DNA of 64,000 bases from Heteronotia binoei (lineage: Eukaryota): assembly GCF_032191835.1 (NCBI RefSeq), contig NC_083230.1, forward strand, positions 79,360,001 to 79,424,000, in the 5' to 3' direction. A model generated the notes under the pieces. That model was not told where the DNA came from. It saw only the letters and a list, made by a program, of their open reading frames with translations, and made no database searches. This document shows positions 11,740 through 23,352 of the stretch, piece by piece. How positions within the stretch are numbered: position 1 is the first letter of the stretch; each line of letters opens with the position of its first letter. A program made the position numbers and the translations under genes.

Positions 11740-12400
11740 CTCACCCCTGTATTTTCTGTTAAGCTTGTATGCATCTATTACCCTGTCCTTCAACTTCTCA
11801 AACACTGTCTTGTGCACTGTGACCATGGCTTCCTTGGAAGTGGTTGCAAAGGTGCCCTCGCTCACTTCCCTGTTTCAATATAGTGGTGTATTTGGTTGGT
11901 ATGACTGGAGTTACTGGAAAACAAGGATCTATAGCTTTTAAAAAGCTCTCTGTTGTCTTTTTTAGGTTTCTCAGACTTCTGGCTCCAGTCAATTGTGGAT
12001 AAGCTGAAGTTGTTCAGTACATCGAAGGGGAAAGGGTATCATAGGGTATCATATCCGTGTTGGGCTTTCAAGAAGTTAACATACAAGAGCTGTATTTAAT
12101 CTTGATTCATCCCAGCTGGATTACATATGATGCAAGTGAGCTCTTTTTGCTCAACTACTGGGCACAGTTCCTGCTAGATCTTAACTCACAGCACAGTTTT
12201 TTGTGCTGAGGCTTGCATTCCACCTTGGTCAAGGTGATGCAGTGAGATAGACATAGAAGGGAGGGACACGCTGCACCTGTTGAATCACATTCACTGGAAA
12301 AAGGTAGCCTGGTAAGAAATATGAGGCAATGCCCTCTTCAGCAAATAGAAACCACAGAGGTGATCCAATCTAGTGATTTCACCAGAGCTACCATATCATT
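11740..12400 (-). mobile_element. Ancient Ty3/Gypsy pol remnant with integrase C-terminus directly upstream of RT start (Gmr1-type order)
   Basis: One minus frame reads KI*QELCPVVEQK...IQLLYVNFLKAQH (like integrase GPY/F: WQGPYxVVEK...HVNLLK). It then reads ELFKSYRSLFSSNSSHTNQIHHYIETG (like the RT N-terminus: VFSxxPGxTxxIxHxIxTG). Confidence 0.55.
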
Positions 12401-13619
12401 ATTAGTATGTTATTCTGTTGTCTATATAATGGTCCATTTGTTGCCCACAGAATTTATCCCAGCCAGTTTTCAGTTTTGATTTACTCATGGGTCCAAAAAT
12501 ACCATTTGTTTCCAAGCCCCAAATGAAAACTGTCCTTTATTTCAGTGTCCTGGCTGCTTGCTGATAACTAGAAATCAAATCTTTTCCTAGAATTTCTGTG
12601 CTTGTGTCTGCCTTCTGACTGACCACTGGTTTCCTGAGGGTTACTCAAGCTCCCACTCTTACAAACCACCACCACCACGAGCACAGTGGCCTGCTTTCCT
12701 CTCCTGGAATGACTGTCTAAAGCTCTTCTGTTCACTGAAACAAGTCCACCTTTGTCTCTCTGGAAATTCTTCCCAGAATGCATGTGTAATGCACCTCTTT
12801 CTTCAAATCCCTCCCCAAAACTCGCTTTTACTGGGAGGCTTTGAGATAAGCCTGTTTTCTTGATACTAAGCATGTGTATATTTAACTGGAATTACCACAT
12901 ATTTTTCCTTTGTTTATCCCTGCTTCTGTTTCCCTTTCCACCCTTAGTATCAATTTTGAGACTGTAAAACCATTTCCTTGCACTCTCTAAAGTACAATCT
13001 ATATTGATGGCACTAACAAAACAAACTAAATTACCACCATTTGTAAAACTGTCCTACAGAAATACGTGCTTAAGAGAAAAATATGTGTCTTGATTTTATG
13101 ATGCCCTGTAAAAAAAGAACAAAACAGACAAAAACCAGGGCAGAAACAAAAGTTCACAAATATTTGAAATGAGGCAAAATCTCTAAATTTACAATACAGA
13201 TTTTTGGATGGCCAATTTTATCCACCTTGCCTCTTAAACAACACACCAATAGTTATCTGCACTGACATTTCTGTACAGTAATGAGAAATTCATAAAGCTA
13301 TCTCATCAGCCAGAAGAATTTAAAAACATAAGATGTCAAAACTCCACCCCAAGTAGACAGGACTCATCATGCTATTTTAATATCACATTTTATGTTTGAG
13401 AAGCTGAAGGATGAGAAGAGAAGCATGTCTGTTGATAAGCTATGCATAGCTGGCTTTAGTCATGCTACAGACGCTATGGCTACAAAAGATTATTCACATT
13501 GGGTGATGATGGCTAACTGTTCTCTCTGGCCTCACAGGCTTCTCAGTGCTCTTTGATCTCCTGATTTATAACTTGTTTCAACTCTAAGCACCGCATCCTT
13601 GAAAACAGATTTAGGTGGG

Positions 13620-13784
13620 ATAGCCATGTTGGTCTGAAGCAACAGACCAAAGTTTGAGTCCAGTGGCACCGTTAAGACAAACAAAGTTTAATTCTAGGTA
13701 TAAGTTTCATGTGCACGCACACAAAAGTTTATACCTAGAATTAAACTTTGTTGGTCTTAAAGGTGCCACTGGACTCAAACTTTG
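13620..13784. repeat. Penelope pLTR-derived inverted repeat (hairpin)
   Basis: Arms 13648-13703 and 13729-13784 (56 bp, 2 mismatches seen). The sequence gagtccagtggcacc.ttaagac matches the PLE tail also seen at 5886. Confidence 0.75.
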
Positions 13785-14148
13785 TTCAACAGAGTCCTTG
13801 ATGAGAATGTCTGTCTGCCCTTCAAAGATGGTTGCCAATTCTAACAAGGATCGTATTCCTCATAAAATGAATAGTGTGTGCTCTGAGGTGCAATTACCAG
13901 AGCAGGATTGGACTGGATAGCCAATTGGTCACATAGCCGATGGAAGAAAATATTGTTTTAAACTATAATGTATGCAAATAAGATATGCAGTGAGATTTAG
14001 CACAAGATTAATTTTTTGTGTGAATGGAAATTAAACTCTTTTCAGACAGGTACTCCATTCTAGAATTTTATATTGTAGCTTCATTTATTAAAAAAAATGT
14101 ATGAAGAAACTGACTTGCAATTATGTATGCATATATGGCTAAAAACTG

Positions 14149-14623
14149 CAGGGCTGCCAGGTCCTACTCAGGAAATATCTGGGTTTGGGGGGTGGAGCCA
14201 GGACCAAGGTTGTGGCAAGCACGATTGAACTCCAAAGGGAGTTCTGGCCATCACATTTTAAGGGACCACACTCCTTTTAAACGCCTTCCCTTCATTGGAA
14301 ATAATGGAGGATGGAGGCACTTTCTTCTGGGGCTCATAGAACTGGATCCCCTGGTCCAGTCTTTTTTAAAGGAGAGACACCAGGTGCCATGCTGAAAATT
14401 TAGTGCATCTATCTCAAAAAAACAGCCCCCCCAAAGCCCCACACATTCATGTATCAATTCCCCATTGTATTCCATGAGGACTGGAATCCATAGGGTAAAA
14501 TGGTGCCCAAAGGACATTCAACCCCCTCCCCCCCCCCACCCCCGCATTATGATAACCCTGAAGGGGAAGGAGGGCCTCCAAACCAGGGGATCCCTTGCCC
14601 CCAGCTAGGAATTGGCAACTCCT
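14149..14623. mobile_element. hAT-type MITE (TAGGGTTGCCAA family)
   Basis: Ends cagggctgccag / ttggcaactcc. Internal sequence shared with 30331, 41895 and 43454. Confidence 0.75.
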
Positions 14624-15099
14624 TCAGGTGGTGTCTAGAGATCTGAAAATACTGAGATCAGTTCCTCTGAAGAAAATGTCTGCTTTGGACAGTACCCCAC
14701 TAAGGTCACTTTCTCCTTCCAAAACCCCAGGTTCTATTTCTCCATGAAAGTTCAAACTCGGAGTTCACAAATGCTAAGCTCGGGAGCTATCTGTGGCTCT
14801 TTCACACTTATTGTGTGGCTCTTTAAGCTTCCAACACCTGTCAGTCAGCTTGGATAAGGCATTTCTCTCTTTAAATCACTTTGCCAAGCCAGCTGGCAGC
14901 TTGGAGAATAAATTTAAAGTTGCTTTCTTTCCACCTCTCCTTCCCTTTTTATTTTTCCCTCCTTCCTTCCTTCTCTCAAACATCTGACATTCCCGTCTTA
15001 CAGCTCTCAAACGTCTGATATTTATTTTAAGTTACTCTTACGTAAAGCAAGCTTGGCCACCCCTGAACAACTCAGAAATTAGAGCAGATTCTCAGCTGG

Positions 15100-15394
15100 T
15101 GTGGTTCTTCCCGACCTAAATGGACCAGAAGGGAGGGGGCGCCCTTTGACCTCTATGGAAATACACGGGAACCACATTTTATTAACCAACAATTAAACAG
15201 CGCGTCCTCAAGTAACGTCTTCAAAGCGAACAGCTGCGCCCACCCCATCTGCTCACAACTTCCACCAATAGTCAATCGTTGGCTAATCACAAATGAATGG
15301 CATTTCAACAAACCAATAAGAGATGGATAATCTCAAAAAACCCGCCCGGTCTACAAGGAGAGCAACGGAAGTGCTTCGGAGTCGAGTAAGCAAA
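15100..15394 (+). promoter_or_regulatory. NDUFA6 CpG-island promoter
   Basis: CpG-rich. Contains CCAAT boxes (ccaata, aaccaata), GC box cccgccc, ETS/GABP site cggaagtg and YY1-like caaaatggcc over the start codon. Confidence 0.7.
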
Positions 15395-15530
15395 ATGGCC
15401 GGAGCCGGGAAAGTGGCTGCAGCCGTTACTGGGACAGCTGTAAAGCCGATCTTCAGCCGGGACCTGGCCGAGGCTAAACGGCGAGTGCGAGAACTGTACC
15501 GCGCTTGGTTCCGAGAAATCCCAAATACAG
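15395..15530 (+). CDS. NDUFA6: NADH:ubiquinone oxidoreductase subunit A6 (LYRM6), coding exon 1
   Basis: [45 protein letters not shown] with the LYR motif. GT donor at 15531, phase 1. Confidence 0.96.
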
Positions 15531-16132
15531 GTATAGGGGGCGTGAGTAGGGCTGCGACCTCCCTGTCAAGGTTACTTAAAGGGGCGGAGCCAATTTGGGA
15601 CCCGCCTGCGCCTGCTTGCATTGGAAGGAAGCATCGCGGGTTTTGCGCTCTCGTTTCTCTTCAATTAGCTGACCTTGTTCCCACATTTGCCGCTTTTCAC
15701 CAAAGGCGGAAGCTTAATTTCAGCTGCTACCCGCATGCCTTGTTGCAGCTGCATACGTGAGTGGGTGCTTCAGTTGTAGTCAGTCTGTGCCTTGCTGCTG
15801 CTATGTGGCCTTGGAAACAAACATCGTTTCCGATCCATTCAGTGGGTTGTCACAGAGATCAATTCGGAGCGGATTATTAGTTAATTCAGGAATACAGTAC
15901 TGTGATTCTACGCATATGAGATAAATAAAAAGGAGCATTGCGGTAGCTTTAAATGATAAACGTATTTCCTGGAAAAGGCTTTTGGGGAAGAAAAGCATGC
16001 TTCCTTTGGTGGCATAATAAACCTGTCAAACTTTTATTTAATTGCTTTATTTATAGTCCACCATTCTCACTGAGACTCAAGGTGGATTACAATTAATAAA
16101 ATGGAACAGCTAATAAACAATGAAAGAGGATA

Positions 16133-16390
16133 TTGAATTTATACCCTGCCCTTCACTCTGAATGTCAGAGCGGATCACAATCTCCTTTACCTTCCTCCCC
16201 CACAACAGACACCCTGTGAGGTAGGTGGGGCTGAGAGAGCTTTCACAGAAGCTACCATTTCAAGGACAGCTCTGCGATAGCTATAGCTGACCCAAGGCCA
16301 TTCCAGCAGCTGCAAGTGGAGGAGTGGGGACTCAAACCCGGTTCTCCCAGACAAGAGTCTGCACACTTAACCACTACACCAAACTGACTC
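16133..16390 (-). mobile_element. tRNA-derived SINE (Squam3-like), copy 2
   Basis: Reverse complement of the 7704-7975 family. Confidence 0.75.
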
Positions 16391-16419
16391 AGAGCAGTTC
16401 ACAACTGTATAGAACAGAC

Positions 16420-17520
16420 ATGATATAGTTAAGACAACATTAAAAACCCCCATAGCAGTGGCTCCAGCATTAAGCCCCCCTTCCCCATAAGCTTATCAGA
16501 GAAAGGCCTGACAGAACCTAATAGGGAGGTCTCACAGAGCCCAAGTCTCATCTGAGAGGGCAATCCACCAGGAGGACACTATGGCTAAAAAAAACTTGCC
16601 CTGGTGAATGCCAAGTGTGTGACCTCAGGGTCCCGCACCAGCATAACGACGGCAGCCACTGAGGAGGGTTGTAAAGGGAAAGGTGGGTCTAAAGTTGCCA
16701 GCCTTCAGGCAGAGCTTGGACATTGCCCACTTTCACAACTGTTCTCTGGCTGGCAGGGATCAGCTGCCCTGGAGAAAATAGCTGCTTTAAAGGGTGGACT
16801 CTATGGTATTGTACCATTCTGAGGCCCTTCCCTTCCCAAACCCTGCACTCTCCTAGATCCACCGTAAAAGTCTCCAGATATTTTCCAACAAAGACCTGGC
16901 AACCCTAACAAAGACCTTGGGCATGAAGTTCCCAGACCATTTAGGGCTTTAAAGGCGAAAGCCAGCACCTTGAATTTGACCAAAAACCAGTGGGCAGCAA
17001 ACATAGCTGCTTTAAGACAAGCTGTATATGTGAGGACCAAGATGTTCCAGTCAGAAACCTGATAGCTGCATTTTGGACAACCAGAAACCTTCAAGGCAGC
17101 CCTGCATAGAGCANNNNNNNNNNNNNNNNNNNNNNNNNNNNNNNNNNNNNNNNNNNNNNNNNNNNNNNNNNNNNNNNNNNNNNNNNNNNNNNNNNNNNNN
17201 NNNNNNNNNNNNNNNNNNNNNNNNNNNNNNNNNNNNNNNNNNNNNNNNTGACATAGATAGAAAAGAGCCTTCCTTGCAGCTGTGGACACCTCTGTGTTCA
17301 GTATAAGAGGCATCCAGCCAGACTCCCAAATCTTCACGGAGTCCACTAATGAGAACTGGACCCCATCCAGAGCCAGAAGCTGCAATCCCTCCACTGGCCC
17401 AGCCATCTCCAGCCACATGACTTCAGTCTTGGATGGATTTAGTTTCAACAAGCTCTGCTTCAACCATCCAACCACAGCATCCAGGCACTGGGTCAGAGAA
17501 GAGAAGAACATTTTAAACAT
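16420..17520 (-). mobile_element. L2 LINE 3' fragment spanning the assembly gap
   Basis: WLKQSLLKLNPSKTEVMW and VKFKVLAFAFKALNGLG motifs on the minus strand. Confidence 0.8.
17114..17248. other. Assembly gap (135 N)
   Basis: Run of N. Confidence 1.
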
Positions 17521-17529
17521 ACATGATAA

Positions 17530-19800
17530 AATTGCATTATAAAACCATTAGATCATCTCCTCCAATACATCATTAAAAGAGTCAGAATGCATACAAGACA
17601 TAAAAACAGCAATTAAAACATTGGTTAGGAAAGGGATTCTTGAGGGAATGCCAAAGAAAAAAAAATTCACCCTCTGGTGGAAGATGGCAACAGAAAGGAA
17701 CAGACAACTCCCTGGAGAAATACTTCCAAAGCTTTGGTGCCAGCAGCAAGAACGCCTTTTCTTGGGTTGCCATACATCTAGCGTCAGATGGCAGGGGCCC
17801 TTGAAGCAGGGCCCCTGAAGGTGACTTGAATGGTTGGGTAGGTTCATATGGGAGTTGGTGATCCTTCATGTATGCAGCTCCCAAGCTATATAGGACCTTG
17901 GATTGGGCCTGGAAGCAAATTGGAATCTAGTAGAGATGGAGCAAGAGTGACCTTGACTCACTCAGGTCAGCATCCTGGCTGCAACATTCTGTACCATTTG
18001 AGGTGTCCAGACAAAGACACCCCCATATAGAGCACATTGCAGTACTCTAATTTAGATGTAATCAGGGCATGTACCACAGGGGCCAAATCTTTTTTCCTGA
18101 AGAAAGGCCACAGCTGGTTAACTAGTAGAAGCTAGTAAAAGGCTGATAAAAGGCACTCCTGGTCACAGCTGCCACCTGCTTATCCAACATAGGCCAGGGT
18201 CCAAGAGCACCCCTAGACTATGGACCTGTACCAAGTCAGACCACCAGAAGCAATTCTGTCTTGTCTGGATTAAACGTTAGTGTATTAGCCCAGGCACTGC
18301 TTCAGGGTTTCTTCAGCCTCCCTGAGTTAAGCTTGAAGTGGAGCACAGCTTTTTTTGCCCTGTGTGAAACAATGGTGACATCAGGGTGTGTAGCCTAATA
18401 TACAGGTGAGTTTCTGCTGGGCTTTTTCTATTAAAAAAAAGCCCTGAAGTAGAGGATAGAGCTGAGCATCATCTGCATATCGGTAACAATACAGCCCAAA
18501 TCTCCAGATGATCTCACCCAGCAGTTTCATGTAAAGAGTGTAGGGGACAAGATGGAACCTTGCAGGGCCCAAAGGCCAAGGGGCTGAACAGCAGTCCCCC
18601 AGGACCACTTTCTGAAACAGCTTCTAGGTAGGACTGGAACCACTGTAGAATGGGGCCTCCGCTCCCAGTCCAGATAGGCAGTCCAGAAGGACACCATGCT
18701 TGAAGGTATCAAAAGCTTTTGAGAGGTCCAGAGAATCAACATACTTGTACTTCCTGTGTCCATCTCCCAGTATGAGTCATCCAACAAAGTGACCAAGGCT
18801 GTTTCAGCCTGGTAATCAGGCCTAAACCCAGTATGGAAGATGTCTAAACCATTTCCTTCATCCAGGAAAGCTTTGCGTTTTTCAGCTACCAGCCATAAGA
18901 ATGGAATATTGATACAGATCAATAATTATTGAGATCTCCTGGATCGAGGCTAGGCTTTTTAGAAATGGGTGCATCACAGCCTGTTTCAAGGCTGGGGCAA
19001 ACACCCCTTCTCAAGGAAGCATTAACCACCTCTCAAACCCAGTCAACCAGGGCCCCCCACCTGGAAGATTTAAGTACCTAAGAAGGGCAAGGATCATACA
19101 AGCAGGTGGTAGGCTTCAAACTTCCACACCCTCAGTCTGAGTAAACTGAAAAGTATCCTACACAAGTGGACAAAACAGCACCCTGGCACCATCCAATCCT
19201 GTCACTGCTAACATATAGTCCAAGTCAAAAGAGATGCAAGAGATTTTATCTGCATGGTTCTGAGCAAAACATTCACAGCAAGCCACCAAGCAGACTACCA
19301 TCTTCTGCAGGCCCCTTCAGTAAACACAGGGGCTATCTGGCCTCTAACACAAAAGAGAGGGTGCCTGGGAGTGATTATGTCAGCTGCCTGGGTCATCTCT
19401 TTCCAGAGGTCAGCCAAGGCATTCATAGGAGTACCAGCCATATCAACAACAAAAAAAAACCTTAGAGCCATCACAAAGCCATTTGAATCCACCTAGCTGT
19501 GTGGGTGGATCATTTTAATAGATCTCCCACCCCTGCAGAAGCCTGGTATCTCTGTAAGATTAACCCAGGCAGGTAGTGATCTGTCCATTGCAAAGGAGCC
19601 ATCATCAGGTCCTCTATCCTCAGATCACATTCCTCCTGCTCAAAACAAAACACCAACTCAAGAGTTGGATCTGCACTGTGTGTAGGAACAGTTATTACCT
19701 TAAACAGGTCTGTGGTTGTCATGAAATCCAGAGCCACTCCAGATGAGACAGCCTCAGCATGAATGTTGGGGTCCCCCAGGACAACCAACACCACCCCAAA
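17530..19800 (-). mobile_element. Long degenerate L2 LINE (endonuclease to 3' end) in NDUFA6 intron 1
   Basis: EN-like VLGDPNIH...PTHSADPTLELVF (19510-19794), RT-like QGSILSP and YADDAQLY (18381-18620), and 3'-end motifs near 17550-17900. Many frameshifts. Confidence 0.85.
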
Positions 19801-19908
19801 GACTAGTTCATGCAGGGACTGTTAAGCAGTGTGGTGGGCAATTGTAGCCTACATGTGTGTGCCCTAGTGTCCATTTTCTCATCTAAGGGGTTGTTGTTCT
19901 TGATCTAG

Positions 19909-20024
19909 TGCACTTGTACCAGTTGGACATCACAGTGAAACAGGGGCGCGACAAAGTCCGGGAGATGTTTATGAAGAATGCTCATGTCACAGACCCTCGA
20001 GTCATTGATATGCTAGTTATTAAG
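19909..20024 (+). CDS. NDUFA6: NDUFA6 coding exon 2
   Basis: AG|TG CAC... (V)[38 protein letters not shown]|GT. Length 116 nt; phases fit exons 1 and 3. Confidence 0.97.
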
Positions 20025-21589
20025 GTAAAACAAATAACACTTGTCTTAAATCCACAGCAGGCATAGGGTGCCTTTGAGCTGCTTTCTTCCTTGTAAATGC
20101 TGATGGATTTTGTTTTCCTTTCCTATATTTCTGCATGTATACTGCTTTTATCTGTTCAATAGTCTTTATCTATATAAACTATCAAATGCAAAGCTGTCTA
20201 GATTCAAAGTCTGTACCCAAGCATTTTGAATCCCTGATTCATTTGTCAATGGCATGTGCAGTACAACAAGTATCAGTATTGCTAAATGACGTGTTGTTCT
20301 AGACTACAGAAAAATAAATGTTCAAGTATCAAAAGGAAGAGAGGAACAAAAAGTTTTTTAAAACCATGGCTTCTTGTGCATTCTATGGACTGAATGCTAG
20401 TACCCCTCCCCAGGTTCCCCCCTTTGCAACCTTTTCTATTTTAATCTCTGCTGCCTTTAGTCCATTTTCCCTCCTTTTCCCCTCACCTGCTTTGCCTTTC
20501 CTCTAATTCAGCCTCCTTCTCCCATAGTCAGTTCACCATCTCTCTCTATAATTCTTCTCCTTGACCCTGCAATTCCACAACTTCACATCCTTTATTTTCT
20601 GACTCCCCATAGCAACCCTTCTTTCCCTATTCTGTACTAGTTCTCTTTCAATTTCTTCTTGATCCTCCTCCCTTCCAAACACCCAACTACCTGTATAAAA
20701 ATCCCCCTTATTGCTGCATCCCTTTGTGTAGCCCTTTCCTCCAAAACTGCATTGCCTCTCCTTTTTCCTTCTCTCCTTCAGGCTCAAGCTAACTCTTCCC
20801 CCAAACCTCATTCCTTTATTTTTTCAGCCTCACCTTTCCTATTCCTGCCCAGGGATGCCACAGGTAGGATGAAGAAATGCCAACACCACAGCTGTCTTTG
20901 CAGTCATGCCATGCTGACAGAGTTATTGGGAGCCAGTATCAGCTCACTTTTGATCTAGTAGCCTGTTTAGCTGGCTAGTTTGTAAAGATGCTGCAGTAGT
21001 CCTCATGCATATGGTCAAGTGACATTTTTATACATGCCTGGGGATTCCTCCATGACCCTCTTGACTTGCCCTGTTCCAGGACTCTGTGATTATATATGGC
21101 AACAGACATAGCTGAGGATGGATGCTGAAAGTTGATTTGGATAGAAGAGGACTGAGTGCTTTGAGAAATGATGCTGAAATAATTTGCTAAGAAAATAGGG
21201 GCACTACAGAGTCAGATGCTCCACAATGATCTAAGTAGTAAATGTTCTACATTTGTAAAACTGAAATGACAGAATATTTTGAAAGTTGCCCAATTTATTT
21301 ACTTTCTTCCATCTTCAAAAGCAACTTGAGCAAATGGAGGTATGGGAACAATATACCTGGCATAGAGAGATCCTGCCTACAATTTATGATCTTTTGAACG
21401 ACCACATCTGACAAATGTGTGTTTTACAGTGGACCCCAGCTTGTCATGTCACTAAATTTGCTTGCACAGAAGATACTGTGATTGCTAACACTGAATAAAA
21501 TAGCTGTGAACTTCTTACCTTGCATTACAGTAATGGGTTGGAACAGATTCCTGAGCATTTAAAATACTTACCTTTTCTGCTTGATATAG

Positions 21590-21721
<132 letters not shown>

Positions 21722-21725
21722 GCCA

Positions 21726-21780
21726 AATAAACTTTGTAAAGCTGTAACTCTGTATTTCAGTTGCTTTTGTTGCAAATAAA
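21726..21780 (+). terminator. NDUFA6 polyadenylation signals
   Basis: AATAAA at 21726-21731 and 21775-21780, just after the stop codon. Confidence 0.6.
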
Positions 21781-23050
21781 GCACTGAATACTGAAGAGCC
21801 CTTCAACAGGAAAAATATCCAACCGAGCACTACCTGTTCTGTACTGAATCTGAATTTTTGGTACATCCTATATGATCCATCCTATATGGTCTTCAATAGG
21901 CTGGGTATATTTGTTGTAATTAGTGTCTCAAGAAACTTCCTATTTGCATTGCAGTATGCCTCACTGAATACAATGGTACTCACAGCAAGTAAGCCTATGT
22001 AGAATTGTGCTGTAAATAGATGTTGAGTTTAGAAGTCTATGGGAGAGAAGTTAACCAAAGACAATGTGATTTCTGTATATAAGGTAATTGAAAATCACTA
22101 ATTTTATCCAGAATGCCCATTTGCTCTGGAATTGCACACTTCATATGATCACACTGGCAATTCATTCAGTTTAAAACAGTATTTTAAATTGTTGATGTCT
22201 ACATAGTACCAGCTTTCAGCATGAAGCTGGCAAGATGGTTGCCATTGGTTCATTTACTGGACTGCAGAGCTTACATACCTCCAAGTGTCATGATAATCAA
22301 GCCATAAAAATAGCTGCATTCTGAATGTATATGCTGCTTTTTTCTCTGTGCAGTTTGCAGTGACTGCAAGAACAAAGCATTTGTATTCCAGTATAAAACT
22401 TGTGATTAACACACATGCACTCAGCTTTGGGAATCAAGCAGGCAAAATGGACAAGACTGGAATATGAGAGACATAATCCAAGCAGTTTCTCTTCAATCAA
22501 AGTAAGCATCACTTTTTTGTAAGTTCTCCCCCCATCAGGTGTGTTGGGAAGGCCATCAGGGACAGCCCTAGGAACACAGCTCAAAAGTACATCACTAGTA
22601 TTTTGCACATGCTGTATAGAATAATCTTGAATGTTTTGGATGGGGGGTTGACTGTGGAAATATGCTTCTTAAAATTTGCAATTTAATTGAATTCAAACAG
22701 TTCACTTAGTTATTAATTTAAACACAATGCTATGGATTCTGTAAAATTTTAATAATGTAAAGGAATAATAAAAAAATGAACTTCTACATGTGGGAGAAAA
22801 CTTGAAAAAGGATGGAACCAGAGAAATCCTGTGTAAGCCCTGCTATATCAATGGGGTAGGAATTAGTGACTTGTCTGGTTTTTTCCCCGAGCAAGTCATA
22901 ATTCTTATTCTGTAAAAGGTAACAAATTCCAAAATATTATTAAGTTGTATATCACACTGCAGTCCTGTCATGCATACAGAATCTGGTATATAAAGTGATA
23001 ATTATTTTAACGCACTGCTAGCCAAGTTTTGGGGATGGGTACTATGAGTA

Positions 23051-23352
23051 AAAGCAGTCCCACGGCGCAGCGTGGTAAAGCTGCAGTACTGCAGTCCAAA
23101 CTCTCTGCTCACAACCAGAGTTTGATCTGGTGGAAGCTGGATTCAGGTAGCCGGCTCCAGGTTGAATCAGTCTTCCATCCTTCCGAGGTCAGTAAAATGA
23201 GTACCCAGCTTGCTGGGGAGAAAGTGTAGATGGCTGGGGAAGGCAATGGCAAACCACCCCATAAAAAGTCTGCCGTGAAAACGTCGTGATGCAACGTCAC
23301 CCCAGAGTTGGAAATTACTGGTGCTTGTACAGGGGACTATCTTTATCTTTTT
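23051..23352 (+). mobile_element. Sauria SINE with 11-bp TSD
   Basis: Core ccttccgaggtcagtaaaatgagtacccagc and tail ggggaaggcaatggcaaaccacc. Identical flanks TACTATGAGTA at 23040-23050 and 23353-23363. Confidence 0.88.

Noticed and set aside
15531-15760. C-terminal part of ORF 15323-15760
   Set aside because: Read-through into intron 1 past the GT donor at 15531; the NDUFA6 sequence resumes at 19909.
16801-17520. 239-aa ORF
   Set aside because: Spans a 135-N gap and is degenerate L2 sequence.
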